DNA of 64,000 bases from positions 21,450 through 85,449 of IMG/VR virus record IMGVR_UViG_3300043395_003277; one strand, given 5' to 3'. Positions 39,192 to 49,770 of the stretch are shown piece by piece; position 1 is the first letter of the stretch, and every line of letters starts with the position of its first letter. A program made the position numbers and the translations under genes. The DNA comes from a virus. Below the pieces are notes generated by a model. The model was not told the origin of the DNA. It did not search any database and saw nothing but the letters and a program-made list of their open reading frames with translations.

Positions 39192-39570
39192 GCTTATGGT
39201 AAAAGCTTTTGCGTAAACGATGCGCCAAGATTAAGTCAGTCACATTTAATGTGACCTCTTGATATGCCATCGTTCGATACAAGGACGAACAAAGGGGACC
39301 TAAGCAGCTCTGAATGTTTCGGGGCTGCTTTTCTTTTAGTTGAAACAGTGCAACCCACTGTGGGTGTAGTGGTCGAATCGATCTTTTCTTGTCGTCAAAA
39401 AGAATACAGTCTTCTTGCCAGGTCCACTGTTTATCACGAAACTGATCTGGGGTAATTCCAAATGTGGCAACCATTCCATAAAGCCAGGCCACGGATTTGG
39501 TTGCACGTTTCGCATCGAGGTTGAAGTAGTCATCCACGATGCGCTGATCAAGCGGTGGAGCGTGTCTCAT
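39142..39570 (-). CDS. Truncated tyrosine-integrase-like protein, catalytic residues apparently lost
   Basis: WLYGMVATFGITPDQ and R.IRPLHPQWV.LF.L resemble cyanobacterial integrase W.YGM.ATYGLRPHE and PL.P.WV..F.L. Confidence 0.55.
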   Translation of the reverse strand: MRHAPPLDQRIVDDYFNLDAKRATKSVAWLYGMVATFGITPDQFRDKQWTWQEDCILFDDKKRSIRPLHPQWVALFQLKEKQPRNIQSCLGPLCSSLYRTMAYQEVTLNVTDLILAHRLRKSFYHKPKQQPQQHARAFAAVS

Positions 39571-39914
39571 GATTGTAATGAATTGAAGTACACCCAACCT
39601 ATCACCACAGGCGCACTGGCAGCAGGATTGAAAGGAAACCTTAACGAGTCTATTTAGACTCACTATAAGTTTACCTTATGGGTGTTTTTACTTAGTCGGT
39701 GGGTCCTACCCCGCTGGCGAAAGCGGCCCAAGCCAATCCAATCGCTTCAATAGTCGAGGTTTCGTTGTTTTCATACGGAAGATAAACAACATCTCCGGCG
39801 TGATACGTCACTGGTGTGCCCTCGTAACTAATCGGACTAAAGCCTCGCTTTCGTACTTCTTGTTGCTCTGGGGATGGAAGTGTAGTTGTGTCTACAACAT
39901 CACCAAATTTAGGC

Positions 39915-41525
39915 TCAGACATTTTTGAATACCAAAAGATTTTGAACAAACCAACCCATGTGATAACCCTGCATCATTTCATTGCGAAGGTCTTCGGCCA
40001 AACGCGTGTCTTCACTCAAACCTTTTGAAACAAACAGAGAACGCCAATACTCTTTTTCTTGGCAGTTGATGTGTCCAACACCGCCTTGTCCAGGTTTTGC
40101 TGCTGTCCAAATTAAAGTACCACCTGGCTCAATTAAATTATAAACAGCATCTACAATTTCATAGTTTCTGATTGATTCAATGTGTTCTGCAACTTCCAGG
40201 CAGATTACTGTATCAGCGGAATCTGTAACGCTGAATAAGTCCTGGCAATATAAGTGTAATTTATTTTTTACACGCTCATCTATGTCATATCCAATTGCTT
40301 CAACGCCCCGCTCTCGCAAGGAGTGGACATACATTCCTGGCCCACACCCAACATCAATAACTTTTTGTGGTTTAAGTTCAGTATGTATCCAGTGCGCAAG
40401 TCGGTCAGCAAACGGTTTTTCTTCCTCCTCTAATTCTGCGTAATCAATATTCCTTAATTGATACCAGCCCTTATCATTTAAGTTCGCAATATCTTTAAAG
40501 ATCTTGTCGTATTTTTTGCCACAAGATTCCAGGCCATATCGGCTTCTTGTCATATCTGCAACGGCATGACGATCAAGTATATCAACTTGTTCTACGGCAT
40601 CCATCCAATCTTGAAGAGTGTGACAACGAAATCCCGTGACCCCATCAATGATGGTTTCTGTAAATGCGCCATAATCTACAGCAATTAATGGCGTACCACA
40701 CAACATTGCTTCTACACCACTACCTCCGAATGGCTCCGTGAAATTCGTTGGCATTAATGCAGCTTTTGCATGACGCAAGAAATGAGAACGTTCTTTACCA
40801 ACTAGTGGACCTCTGTAAATAATGTTTGGATGTTCCCAGGGGGATGGGTCTCCTTGTCCTGCAATTACAACCGGGATTGAACTGCGTGCGGCAATTTCTT
40901 TAACGGTGTCCATTCCTTTGACCGAACAAATGCGCCCAAGGAAAGCAAGGTAGCCACCCTTCTCGTACCGTGGATCCCACTCATCAAGATCAAAGTAATT
41001 AGGCACCACCCATTCATAGTTTTTGCCCTGTCTGTCTTCTTTGCCCTGGTGGTAATGCATCCAGGCATATGACTCAAAGATCCGAAAACTATTCGGCATC
41101 AAAGTCGGATATCCAATCCCAGTTTCGACATGGTGATGCGTGGGGAACTTCTCCATGAGGATTTGGTGAGCATGGCCAAAGGGATGACAAATAATGTCCC
41201 CTGGCTCCAGGCGTTTACGCATCTCAACGATCAAACGTTCTTCAAATGCTTGATGCCCTTCACTACCAACAGTTGCGTCATCCCCATGAAAATCGGTTTT
41301 CTTTCGATCTCCATAGAATTTTTTGAATTCTTGCCTGGTCAAGATCGGTACGTGTTCTGTTGCACCTGCTTCGCTACCTTCGTTACTGTATTCAATCACG
41401 TCATAACCATATGCCTGCATCATTTTAGGAAAGCGTAAAGCTTTGCCGGTAAAAGCACAGTGGGAATATTCACTGGTTGCTTGTGTATGAAAAATACCGA
41501 CCAGGTGCAAGCGAGGTTTTGCCAT
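39915..41525 (-). CDS. GT4 glycosyltransferase fused to a class I methyltransferase
   Basis: FLGRI..KG, EPFGGSGVEAMLCGTP; VIDVGCGPG, CLEVAEH, GQGGVGHINCQ. Confidence 0.88.
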   Translation of the reverse strand: MAKPRLHLVGIFHTQATSEYSHCAFTGKALRFPKMMQAYGYDVIEYSNEGSEAGATEHVPILTRQEFKKFYGDRKKTDFHGDDATVGSEGHQAFEERLIVEMRKRLEPGDIICHPFGHAHQILMEKFPTHHHVETGIGYPTLMPNSFRIFESYAWMHYHQGKEDRQGKNYEWVVPNYFDLDEWDPRYEKGGYLAFLGRICSVKGMDTVKEIAARSSIPVVIAGQGDPSPWEHPNIIYRGPLVGKERSHFLRHAKAALMPTNFTEPFGGSGVEAMLCGTPLIAVDYGAFTETIIDGVTGFRCHTLQDWMDAVEQVDILDRHAVADMTRSRYGLESCGKKYDKIFKDIANLNDKGWYQLRNIDYAELEEEEKPFADRLAHWIHTELKPQKVIDVGCGPGMYVHSLRERGVEAIGYDIDERVKNKLHLYCQDLFSVTDSADTVICLEVAEHIESIRNYEIVDAVYNLIEPGGTLIWTAAKPGQGGVGHINCQEKEYWRSLFVSKGLSEDTRLAEDLRNEMMQGYHMGWFVQNLLVFKNV

Positions 41526-41588
41526 GGTTGATAAACGTTTTGACAGTATCTATCAAGGATAGATCAAAACCAAACTAAAATACAGTCT

Positions 41589-44500
41589 TTATGCAAGTCT
41601 TGTAAGTTGCATGGTAGAACCAATTTGAAGAGTTATCGCCGAAGCGTTTATTTCACTGGCAAATCGAATTTGGAAGTTACCCGCATTAGCGCCATTCTTA
41701 ATGATGCCGCTAATGCGTGCAGTGTGGTTACTGTTGATAAGCGACACACCAGTGCCAAGAACGTTGCCTGTTGTGGTTGATCCAGCACTCGGAAACGTCG
41801 TGCGAAGCGCTGAAGCGACAGCAGTAGACGCAATTGGTACCACAACCTCAACCATTGGAATGCAGTTAGTAGGCGATGTAAATCCTAAGTTCAAACCAGT
41901 TGTAGTTGCAGCGCTTTGGAATGTGACAAAACAATCCACTTGATACGTAGCGTTCGCAGCCAAAGAAACAACTAATTGAGTTACGTCAGCAAGTGCTGTA
42001 GAAGTGCTTTGCTGAGTTGAAGTTAAGCTGACTATCTGTGCAGAGGCGGCAGTTGGAGCAGCCCACGTTCCATCTGCTCGCAGGAAGTTTGAAGTGCCGC
42101 CACCTGATAATGGAGCCAATCCATTTAAAGTGGCGGTAAAAGTATTAAGTAATGCAGTTGCCTCTGTTGCCGTTAAATCTTCAGGCGCTCCAGTGCCTGC
42201 TGTTTTTCTTCCTTTGAAAGTTGCAGTAGCAACTTGAGATAACATCGTATTAGTAACTGTTGCGGAATCTCCTGTAGTTACAACAGTGCCGGTTGTATCT
42301 GGAATTGTTAACGTCCTGTCAGCACTTAAGATGCCAGGCTTCAAGGTTGCCTCAAAAGAACTTGTGCCACCAGCACGGCCGGCAAGAACAATACCATCTT
42401 GCGTGGCAGTATTAGATACACGCACGGATCCAATAATATCCAGTGCATACGTTGTTGATGGGCTTGCGCCAATACCAACTTGACCAGTAGATAAAACCCA
42501 GAGCCTGTTGGTATTGTTGGTGCCAATACGAAAATCGTCAGCGCCGAGTGTACCAACAGCCAATGTTCCACCGGCGCCGTAAAGGTATGTACCGTCGGTA
42601 TCACCAAAGGCACCACCACCTGTAAAACCTGTGGAGTTAATACCAAAGTCGCCGTAAATTGCTGTACCACCAACCCTGTCATTATTGACGACAAAGTCAG
42701 AGGATGCGCTTACTCCAGAACTTTTGTTCTGCAGAATGATCTGCCCATAGCTATTAACGGTGGTTGCAAATGTTGCAACTTTATCTGTATCGTTAAACGT
42801 CAGAGAAGGGCCAACAGAAACAAAACCTACGTTGTTATTGGTCGAAGGAGGTGTTGATGAAAGGTTTAATGTTTGGGTTGCAGTTCCAGAAAGTGCAAGT
42901 GTTGTGACGGAAGGATCAGATGTCCAAGCTGTGTCGTAATTTGTTGCCGAAGCTTTATTGAGAAGTTGGTTAGTTGTGCCGCCAACGGGAACACCTTGTC
43001 CTGCAATACCAGTGGCACCGGTGGGGCCTGTGGGACCAGAAGGACCTGTTGGACCATCAACACCTGTAGCACCTGTAGGACCAGTAACACCTTGAACACC
43101 TGTAGCACCCTGTACGCCAGTAGCTCCAGTGGCACCAGTGGCACCCGTAGCCCCCTGTACGCCAGTAGCTCCAGTAACACCTGTTGGGCCTGTGGTACCC
43201 TGAAGGCCCGTAGCACCTTGTACGCCAGTAGCGCCGGTGGGGCCAGCGGCACCTGTGGCACCTGTAATACCTACGCCAGTTGCACCTGTAGGACCAGTGG
43301 CACCTTCTGGTCCGCTAACCAGGGCTAAGAATACAGCCAGGTTATTTGCAAAGTTTGTCGAGCCGGTACCACCAGATGAAACAAGTGTTACAGGGTACGT
43401 CCAGTAACTGTTTGCTGTTCCAGGATTTGTATTTGTTGGTGTACCATTAACTTTCCATGTCTGATAATTGGAACTAGACGCTTGGTCTTGAATTGTAATG
43501 CTTTCTGTATTAAGAACTTGTGCAAGGAAAATGTCAATATCAATCGAATCACTTGTTGTGTGATTGATACTGATTGACGTTGCGCTTGTTTGTGTTGCGT
43601 TGTTCCAAATTAAAAATCCTAAGCCTGGATCCCCGGTCGTGATTGTTGTTTTGGCGTTGTACTTAAAGAGACTGGACGAATAACCCGCTGGGCCAGTAGC
43701 ACCTGTGGGGCCTGCAATGCCAGTGGCTCCTGTTGGGCCTGTCGTACCTTGAATGCCTGTAGCACCTGTGATGCCTACACCTGTAGCTCCAGTAGGACCA
43801 GTGGTTCCTTGTACGCCAGTGGCACCAGTGGCACCTGCAACACCCGTAGCACCCTGTACGCCAGTGGCACCATTGGCACCAGTGGCTCCCTGTACCCCAG
43901 TAGCACCTGTGGGGCCTGCAATGCCAGTGGCTCCTGTTGGGCCTGTCGTACCTTGAATGCCTGTAGCACCTTGTACACCTGTGACACCAGTAGCACCTGT
44001 GTCACCTTGGATGCCTGTGGCACCTTGCACGCCTGTAGCCCCCTGTGGCCCTGATGCACCAGTAGGGCCCGTAGTTCCTTGAATACCGGTAGCACCTTGA
44101 ATGCCTGTGACACCAGTAGCACCTGTTGCACCTTGAATGCCTGTGACGCCAGTAGGGCCCGTAGTTCCTTGAATACCGGTAGCACCTTGAATGCCTGTAG
44201 CACCCTGGACACCGGTGGCGCCTGTGGTACCTGTTGTGCCCTGCGTACCGGTGGCACCTGTGGGACCTGTTGTGCCCTGCGTGCCGGTGGCGCCTGTAAC
44301 ACCAGTGAGTCCTTGTGCACCGGAAGGGCCCGTGGGCCCTGTTGGGCCAGACGGACCACCCGAGGGACCTGTGGGGCCAGTAGCCCCAATCATGTTGTAT
44401 ACCTTTTCTAAGCCAGAGGCATCATATAAACGCCATGTGCCATCTTGTGTTAATACAAGTTCTTCTTCTGCGTTTAATGTGCCTTGCCAAATGGTCGAAA

Positions 44501-44765
44501 CAATGGTGCCATTGGTGTGATTAACTGTAATTGTGTTGGATCCAGCATCTTCGTTTTTGATGAAAAGTGTTCGAACATTACGCTGAACCGTTGCTGCTGG
44601 TGCCTCAACAATCACAGTTGTTGTTGAAGTTGTAATTAAAGTATTTAAACGACCAGGGGTAACTGTACCACTAGCGTTATCAACATATGACGCGTGCACT
44701 TCAATAGAACCAGCGCTGCCGGTTACCAGTTGAACTTGATCAGATGTTGACGTTAAAAGAAGCAT
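41589..44765 (-). CDS. Collagen-like fibre protein
   Basis: Two long Gly-X-Y blocks (GAT/GPT/GVQ) plus [11 protein letters not shown]. Confidence 0.85.
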   Translation of the reverse strand: MLLLTSTSDQVQLVTGSAGSIEVHASYVDNASGTVTPGRLNTLITTSTTTVIVEAPAATVQRNVRTLFIKNEDAGSNTITVNHTNGTIVSTIWQGTLNAEEELVLTQDGTWRLYDASGLEKVYNMIGATGPTGPSGGPSGPTGPTGPSGAQGLTGVTGATGTQGTTGPTGATGTQGTTGTTGATGVQGATGIQGATGIQGTTGPTGVTGIQGATGATGVTGIQGATGIQGTTGPTGASGPQGATGVQGATGIQGDTGATGVTGVQGATGIQGTTGPTGATGIAGPTGATGVQGATGANGATGVQGATGVAGATGATGVQGTTGPTGATGVGITGATGIQGTTGPTGATGIAGPTGATGPAGYSSSLFKYNAKTTITTGDPGLGFLIWNNATQTSATSISINHTTSDSIDIDIFLAQVLNTESITIQDQASSSNYQTWKVNGTPTNTNPGTANSYWTYPVTLVSSGGTGSTNFANNLAVFLALVSGPEGATGPTGATGVGITGATGAAGPTGATGVQGATGLQGTTGPTGVTGATGVQGATGATGATGATGVQGATGVQGVTGPTGATGVDGPTGPSGPTGPTGATGIAGQGVPVGGTTNQLLNKASATNYDTAWTSDPSVTTLALSGTATQTLNLSSTPPSTNNNVGFVSVGPSLTFNDTDKVATFATTVNSYGQIILQNKSSGVSASSDFVVNNDRVGGTAIYGDFGINSTGFTGGGAFGDTDGTYLYGAGGTLAVGTLGADDFRIGTNNTNRLWVLSTGQVGIGASPSTTYALDIIGSVRVSNTATQDGIVLAGRAGGTSSFEATLKPGILSADRTLTIPDTTGTVVTTGDSATVTNTMLSQVATATFKGRKTAGTGAPEDLTATEATALLNTFTATLNGLAPLSGGGTSNFLRADGTWAAPTAASAQIVSLTSTQQSTSTALADVTQLVVSLAANATYQVDCFVTFQSAATTTGLNLGFTSPTNCIPMVEVVVPIASTAVASALRTTFPSAGSTTTGNVLGTGVSLINSNHTARISGIIKNGANAGNFQIRFASEINASAITLQIGSTMQLTRLA

Positions 44766-44810
44766 GGAGTATTGCCTTGGTCCTTATTGTTGTATTTTAA
44801 ACGAAAAAAA

Positions 44811-46448
44811 TTATGTTCCCGGCTTTTCGCCAAGTGATGGCACATAAGGCGCACCATTCTTGTCGTACATTGTAAACCCTTGCATGCGCACAAAGGTAGA
44901 CGGCACGTTAAATAGTTTCTGCATCATTGGCATCATCATGGGAGCCTGACAGTTGTAAGGAGGAACATCCATGTAAGCCAATGCGTTATAGGCAAGTTCT
45001 CTATTGATTTTCTCTTGCTTCTCTTCTGTATCTGTTACAAGTTTTTGTTCCCATGCCACCATGCTGCCAATATCCACAGGAAAATCAGAAGGCTCAGGGG
45101 GAAAGACACCCTCCTTAAACTTCAAGGCATAAATATGCTTACAGTATCGCACTTCATCAAGAAGGGGCGTCCAGGTATCCGTAAGTGATGTGATGACATT
45201 TCCAACGGCAGAATAATCTTCGTAGGTCGGCATTCCATCTGCCCTGGATCCAGGGAGAGAAGGGTTGTTATTTCTTAAGTAAACAGAACCAAAATCACGG
45301 AACACGCCTGGATTGTCACGATTTGCGCCTGGCTCTGTTGAGGAGTTCGGGCTAATAGATGGAGGAATGTTGTATTCAGCACTTGGGGAAACAACAGTCA
45401 TATTCCTGTTTTCGGTTGCGGATGTCATTGCTCTATTGTCAACGCGTCCGCTACGGTCTTTCATGATTTCATAGCGACCAGGCTTCAGTGCGGCAAGATT
45501 GGTTCTTGGGAAGTAACGCTGAGCGCGATTATTCAAATTCGTCATATATGCATAATCACGACGCGTGAAGTCCTGGCAAGAACAGCAATAGCGCGTACCT
45601 GTCATTAAGAACCGACCAACGGTGGGCGGTCTTGTCGCCGGTGTTATAAGCAAACGATCTGGCGTGGCTTCAACGGATCCTTGTTTTCTAAGTTTTAGAA
45701 TACCCGTAAAAGGATCAGTGTCAGCAAGGACAGCTTGAGTGTATCCGTATCGTTTTTGAGTTAGAGGATCAATCGTATCTCGTGTAATCGGCACGCCACC
45801 TTGAGTAATAATGCGGTCTTCCAGTATCTCGCCGTTGATGGCCTTAATGCCACCTGGTACGCCTGGTACAGGAACGTAAAGCGGAGGAGGTAATGGATTA
45901 GCAGTACTCCAGTTACCCGCTAGTTTTACGTACCAATAATCTGCATCTTCCGTTACCGATTCAATGTAAGCCAACTGAGAAGAAACACGTGTATCATCAT
46001 CGAAAAGAAGGCCTTCATTTTCGTAATCTTCAAATTGAATATTTGGCCAATAGTCGGAACTAAGAAGTCTTGAGCTTCGGATATTATCAAGCCGCAGGCT
46101 ACCGGCAACACGGGTGCCTGCCCAGTGCATGCCAAATTCTTTGTTAACTGTTGGAAATCCTTGAAATACCCCAGGAATTGTCGGTGGGTTCGTACCGGTT
46201 TGTGTTGTACCAGGGGGCAGTGGAATTTGATAGTTAAAAGAATATTCGTAATTATTGTTGATGCTAAGAGCAGTTGCTAATTCAAACCCTCTGCGCCAGC
46301 GGGTCCAGGCTGATTCTCTATTGATAGTGGCAATAGAACCTTGAACACTACCTTTAGAAAACTCAGTCGTGATCGGCTTTACACCATTCGGCTTAAAGTC
46401 CTTTGTCTTGCCGAATGAACCAAAAGCAGTTCCCCGTGAGGGAGACAT
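44811..46448 (-). CDS. Hypothetical protein with split SWIM-like motif
   Basis: CCSCQDF ... YCKHIYA. Confidence 0.55.
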   Translation of the reverse strand: MSPSRGTAFGSFGKTKDFKPNGVKPITTEFSKGSVQGSIATINRESAWTRWRRGFELATALSINNNYEYSFNYQIPLPPGTTQTGTNPPTIPGVFQGFPTVNKEFGMHWAGTRVAGSLRLDNIRSSRLLSSDYWPNIQFEDYENEGLLFDDDTRVSSQLAYIESVTEDADYWYVKLAGNWSTANPLPPPLYVPVPGVPGGIKAINGEILEDRIITQGGVPITRDTIDPLTQKRYGYTQAVLADTDPFTGILKLRKQGSVEATPDRLLITPATRPPTVGRFLMTGTRYCCSCQDFTRRDYAYMTNLNNRAQRYFPRTNLAALKPGRYEIMKDRSGRVDNRAMTSATENRNMTVVSPSAEYNIPPSISPNSSTEPGANRDNPGVFRDFGSVYLRNNNPSLPGSRADGMPTYEDYSAVGNVITSLTDTWTPLLDEVRYCKHIYALKFKEGVFPPEPSDFPVDIGSMVAWEQKLVTDTEEKQEKINRELAYNALAYMDVPPYNCQAPMMMPMMQKLFNVPSTFVRMQGFTMYDKNGAPYVPSLGEKPGT

Positions 46449-46451
46449 GGC

Positions 46452-47237
46452 TTAGAAGAATCCGCCTTGAGCAATAACGTGAGCGCCTGGTGCATAACCA
46501 GCTGCATTTGCACCATCAGGGAAAACACCAACGTAAATGCGATCACCGCGCTCCAGGTAAATGCCCTTATTGCGCAGGGGAGCAGTGGTGCCTAAACCAT
46601 TGGTGTTACCTGCGTGCATCACAGGTGCAGCCAGTTGTGGCATTAAGTCTGAACAGTCAACCACACCGCTGTCTGCTGGGACTGTTTTGGCAAATAAGAT
46701 TCGATAATCGCCAGAAGCAGGGATTGGAGTAGTCGTACCACGGGTGTGGTAAAACACAAAGGTCACCGGTTGTTGATAACCGTAAGATACACCTTTGTAA
46801 TCAAAGCCAGAAGCAATACCGCCCGAATAATTAAGGGCTGTATTGATACCGGTTAATGTCGTGGAGCCTGTGTATTGGTAGTAACCATAACCACTGAAAG
46901 GCGCACCACCACCAGTCAAAGAACCTGTGGCAGAAATAAAAACAATCTGGCCGCTCACCAGGGAAATGGGCGTGCCAGAAGTTGTTGTATTTACGGTGTA
47001 ATCAGGTTCGCGATAAAAATCATTACGAGAAATCGTAATTGAATCAATTACACCACCGCTATTATTGTCTTCTTCCAGGGCGGCATCCATATCCACAAGG
47101 ATGGAAGGAGCCTGACCACCCTGAACAAACAGTGTGTTGGTAGAAGCACTACCAACTGTTTGCGTTGTAACCCGTACCGAATCAAACAACGGACGGTCAA
47201 CCAGCATTGGTTGTTTATTTGTAGATGTAGAAGCCAA
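46452..47237 (-). CDS. Putative structural protein
   Basis: TNKQPMLVDRP start, Ser/Thr/Gly-rich, ends AQGGFF. Confidence 0.55.
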   Translation of the reverse strand: MASTSTNKQPMLVDRPLFDSVRVTTQTVGSASTNTLFVQGGQAPSILVDMDAALEEDNNSGGVIDSITISRNDFYREPDYTVNTTTSGTPISLVSGQIVFISATGSLTGGGAPFSGYGYYQYTGSTTLTGINTALNYSGGIASGFDYKGVSYGYQQPVTFVFYHTRGTTTPIPASGDYRILFAKTVPADSGVVDCSDLMPQLAAPVMHAGNTNGLGTTAPLRNKGIYLERGDRIYVGVFPDGANAAGYAPGAHVIAQGGFF

Positions 47238-47270
47238 AGCTATACGTCCTGTTTTTACTTATTATAGACG

Positions 47271-47951
47271 TTATCGAATCAGGGATCCAAACATATTCAA
47301 GAAATTCCCAAAAGAAGAAGAAGTGGGAGTAGATCTTGGAGCCAATAAAGGTGTCAACAGTGGTTGAACAATCTGTTGAGCCATTTGCATTAATACCGGA
47401 TCACGTTGTCCTGCCAAATCGGTAGGTGCTGCTGGTGCCGGAGTTTGGGGCTGTGATTTTAGTGGTTTCGGTGCAGCAGGTGCACCAGGGCCGCCTACTG
47501 GGATATCACCTAAAACACGCCTTGCATTTTCATACAAGTCACCGCCTTTCCTGAATCGTGGCAGAGCGCCTGCAACAGATGTACCAAAGGAATCCTTTGC
47601 GTTTAATGAAACGTTTGGATTGCCTCCAAGGACTGTCGCATAGGCTCGTGCAATGCCCATGCCAGGTTTGTAGCCACGGTCTTCAAAAAACTGAAGAACT
47701 TTAGGCATCTGCCCAGCTCTTGTTTGCTGGCCAGAAATACCATAAATGTTCTGTTCATTGGGACCGAATTGAATCATCCCCTTGTAGCGGCCACCAGCGC
47801 CGCCAACAATGTTGGGATCCATATTTGGACCAGACTCTAAAGAGAGAAAAGCACCAAACTCATATGGATCCAGGCCTAATCGTTTGGCGCCTTGAATAAT
47901 TGCCATCCGATCTGCCTGTGGCAGGATTCCGACTCGTGCTGCACCTGACAT
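47271..47951 (-). CDS. Virion-associated lysozyme/transglycosylase-like protein
   Basis: A.RLG.DP......LES.....GGAGG.Y.GMIQFG...Y.TVL.GN; start set at MSGAARV. Confidence 0.6.
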   Translation of the reverse strand: MSGAARVGILPQADRMAIIQGAKRLGLDPYEFGAFLSLESGPNMDPNIVGGAGGRYKGMIQFGPNEQNIYGISGQQTRAGQMPKVLQFFEDRGYKPGMGIARAYATVLGGNPNVSLNAKDSFGTSVAGALPRFRKGGDLYENARRVLGDIPVGGPGAPAAPKPLKSQPQTPAPAAPTDLAGQRDPVLMQMAQQIVQPLLTPLLAPRSTPTSSSFGNFLNMFGSLIR

Positions 47952-47956
47952 TGGTT

Positions 47957-49279
47957 TTACTGGGTCTTCTGGAGTTTCATCAGTTCTCGGTACGCAAGAC
48001 CAGGGTTCGCTCTCACCCAAGCCTTCAGTGCTTCCTGCTCCATGTTCGGAGCAGCTCCAAGGTCCGTCAGACGGCGCTGAAGCTCTCCCGTTTGGGCCAT
48101 GCTCCTACCCAATTGCTGCTGGCCCGCATAGTAGGCAGGAAGAGGGACATTTGTAGGAGCAGGATACTGCTGAGCAGCATTAAGTACTTCTTGAGAGAGT
48201 GCGCGTTGTTGAACATTTTGGCGTTGTGCGGGAACACCGGCCCCATTGGACAACACCACTTGACCAAACGGCGAGGTTGGTGGAGGTGGCAGTGTCACTT
48301 GTCCGGCTTGTGCTCCAGGTGCTGCTGCTTCCTGTAAAGGAGGGGCAGCGGGAGCAGGTGGTGGAGAATAACCTCCACTTAAATCTGGCGGCGAAATACC
48401 ACCAACCGGACCTTGTCCCATATCTCGATATTGCGCAAAGCGTTGCTCACGATCTGAAGCTCCGCTGTAATCTGGGGCTAATTCACCAGGATTAACAACA
48501 GGGCGATTTTGGATTGGTGTAATGCGAGAATCTTTACTTGGATCGTAGGCTAAGCCTTTACCTTGCAAGAAATCCAATACATTTCCACCAGCTTCAATCA
48601 TTGGGACTGGATCAGCAAGGCCCCATGCCATGCCACCCATGCCACCAAGAACCGCAGTGCCTTTTAACCCTGTGATACCACCGGGAGAAAGACTGCGAAC
48701 TAAACTTCCTACTTGGCCAAATCCTGTCTGACCGGCTAGGGCACGCGCTGCTTTTTCTGTTGTTCCACCAAATTGACGCAAGAACTCACGGCGTAAACCG
48801 GGGTCTCTTGCAAACTGACCCCCAGTTTGGATAGCAGTTTGCAGTGGATTTGTAATTACAGCTTGACCTGTACGCAAAGCATCGCCAATAATAGGAGCAC
48901 GAAGCGCACCTTCTGCTGTTTGCGTTACACCCCGTGACAATGCTGGAGCAAAACCAGCAGCTTCTTGGATGGCACGATTAACCATACCTGTTTGTACAGC
49001 CTGACCGACACCAGCTGGCATATTGGTCAGATCGGTAATCATCCCAGTGAAACGAGTTGGGATGTTGCCGAAATTAGGGCCAGCAAACTGTTTTGGCAGT
49101 GGCCGCTGTAAAACACGTTCAGCTTGTCCGGCTAAAGCACGATAGGTCTGAGGATTAGTGACAGTATCGGCCACAGCTCGAACAGCAGGAGCTGCTTTGG
49201 CGCCAAAGCCTTGTACAGCGCTCATCACCTGAGGTGCGCCTTGAATAAATAAGCGAACGAAGGGATTCATCATCGCCAC
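47957..49279 (-). CDS. Putative internal virion protein
   Basis: 440 aa, Ala/Gly/Gln/Pro-rich. Confidence 0.5.
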   Translation of the reverse strand: MAMMNPFVRLFIQGAPQVMSAVQGFGAKAAPAVRAVADTVTNPQTYRALAGQAERVLQRPLPKQFAGPNFGNIPTRFTGMITDLTNMPAGVGQAVQTGMVNRAIQEAAGFAPALSRGVTQTAEGALRAPIIGDALRTGQAVITNPLQTAIQTGGQFARDPGLRREFLRQFGGTTEKAARALAGQTGFGQVGSLVRSLSPGGITGLKGTAVLGGMGGMAWGLADPVPMIEAGGNVLDFLQGKGLAYDPSKDSRITPIQNRPVVNPGELAPDYSGASDREQRFAQYRDMGQGPVGGISPPDLSGGYSPPPAPAAPPLQEAAAPGAQAGQVTLPPPPTSPFGQVVLSNGAGVPAQRQNVQQRALSQEVLNAAQQYPAPTNVPLPAYYAGQQQLGRSMAQTGELQRRLTDLGAAPNMEQEALKAWVRANPGLAYRELMKLQKTQ

Positions 49280-49731
49280 ATCTCATGTAAGTACAAACGA
49301 GAACCGATTGCAGTATCTGCAGGTCCAGGTAAGGCCTGAATAAATTCAGCACCTGAACGTTCGTAACGATACCGTGCTTGCAATGGATCTTTATAGTTGG
49401 GTACGTAAAGAATTCCAGCTAAACGATTGGTTTCGTAAAGGTAGATCTCATCCCATACCTTTAAAGCTTCTTTTGCATTGCTGGAGCGAATCGTACGATC
49501 GACATCACCAGCAATACTTTCCAGACGAGTGGAGGGGGAAGTTGCAACCTCAGTTTTCTTCTCGGCCGTGTCGCAACGCCCAAGTTGAATAACAATCTTA
49601 TCGTAAAAATAAGAATCAGGCACAGTATTAAGCGCTTCTTCTAGACGCGCATAATCACCCGCTGGCACGGAGACCGTGAAGTAGCCCAGATGATACCGGA
49701 CCCTACTTTTGTCAAAATCTGACAGCTGCAC
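49270..49731 (-). CDS. Putative head-tail connector protein
   Basis: Helical 153-aa ORF downstream of capsid genes; positional inference. Confidence 0.45.
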   Translation of the reverse strand: MQLSDFDKSRVRYHLGYFTVSVPAGDYARLEEALNTVPDSYFYDKIVIQLGRCDTAEKKTEVATSPSTRLESIAGDVDRTIRSSNAKEALKVWDEIYLYETNRLAGILYVPNYKDPLQARYRYERSGAEFIQALPGPADTAIGSRLYLHEMWR

Positions 49732-49770
49732 AGTTTACTTCCGTATGTTTTTAATTATAGATGAACTGAA

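Noticed and set aside
43000-44390. Short tandem repeats as a CRISPR array or minisatellite
   Set aside because: 9-nt periodicity is explained by Gly-X-Y collagen coding; no unique spacers or cas genes
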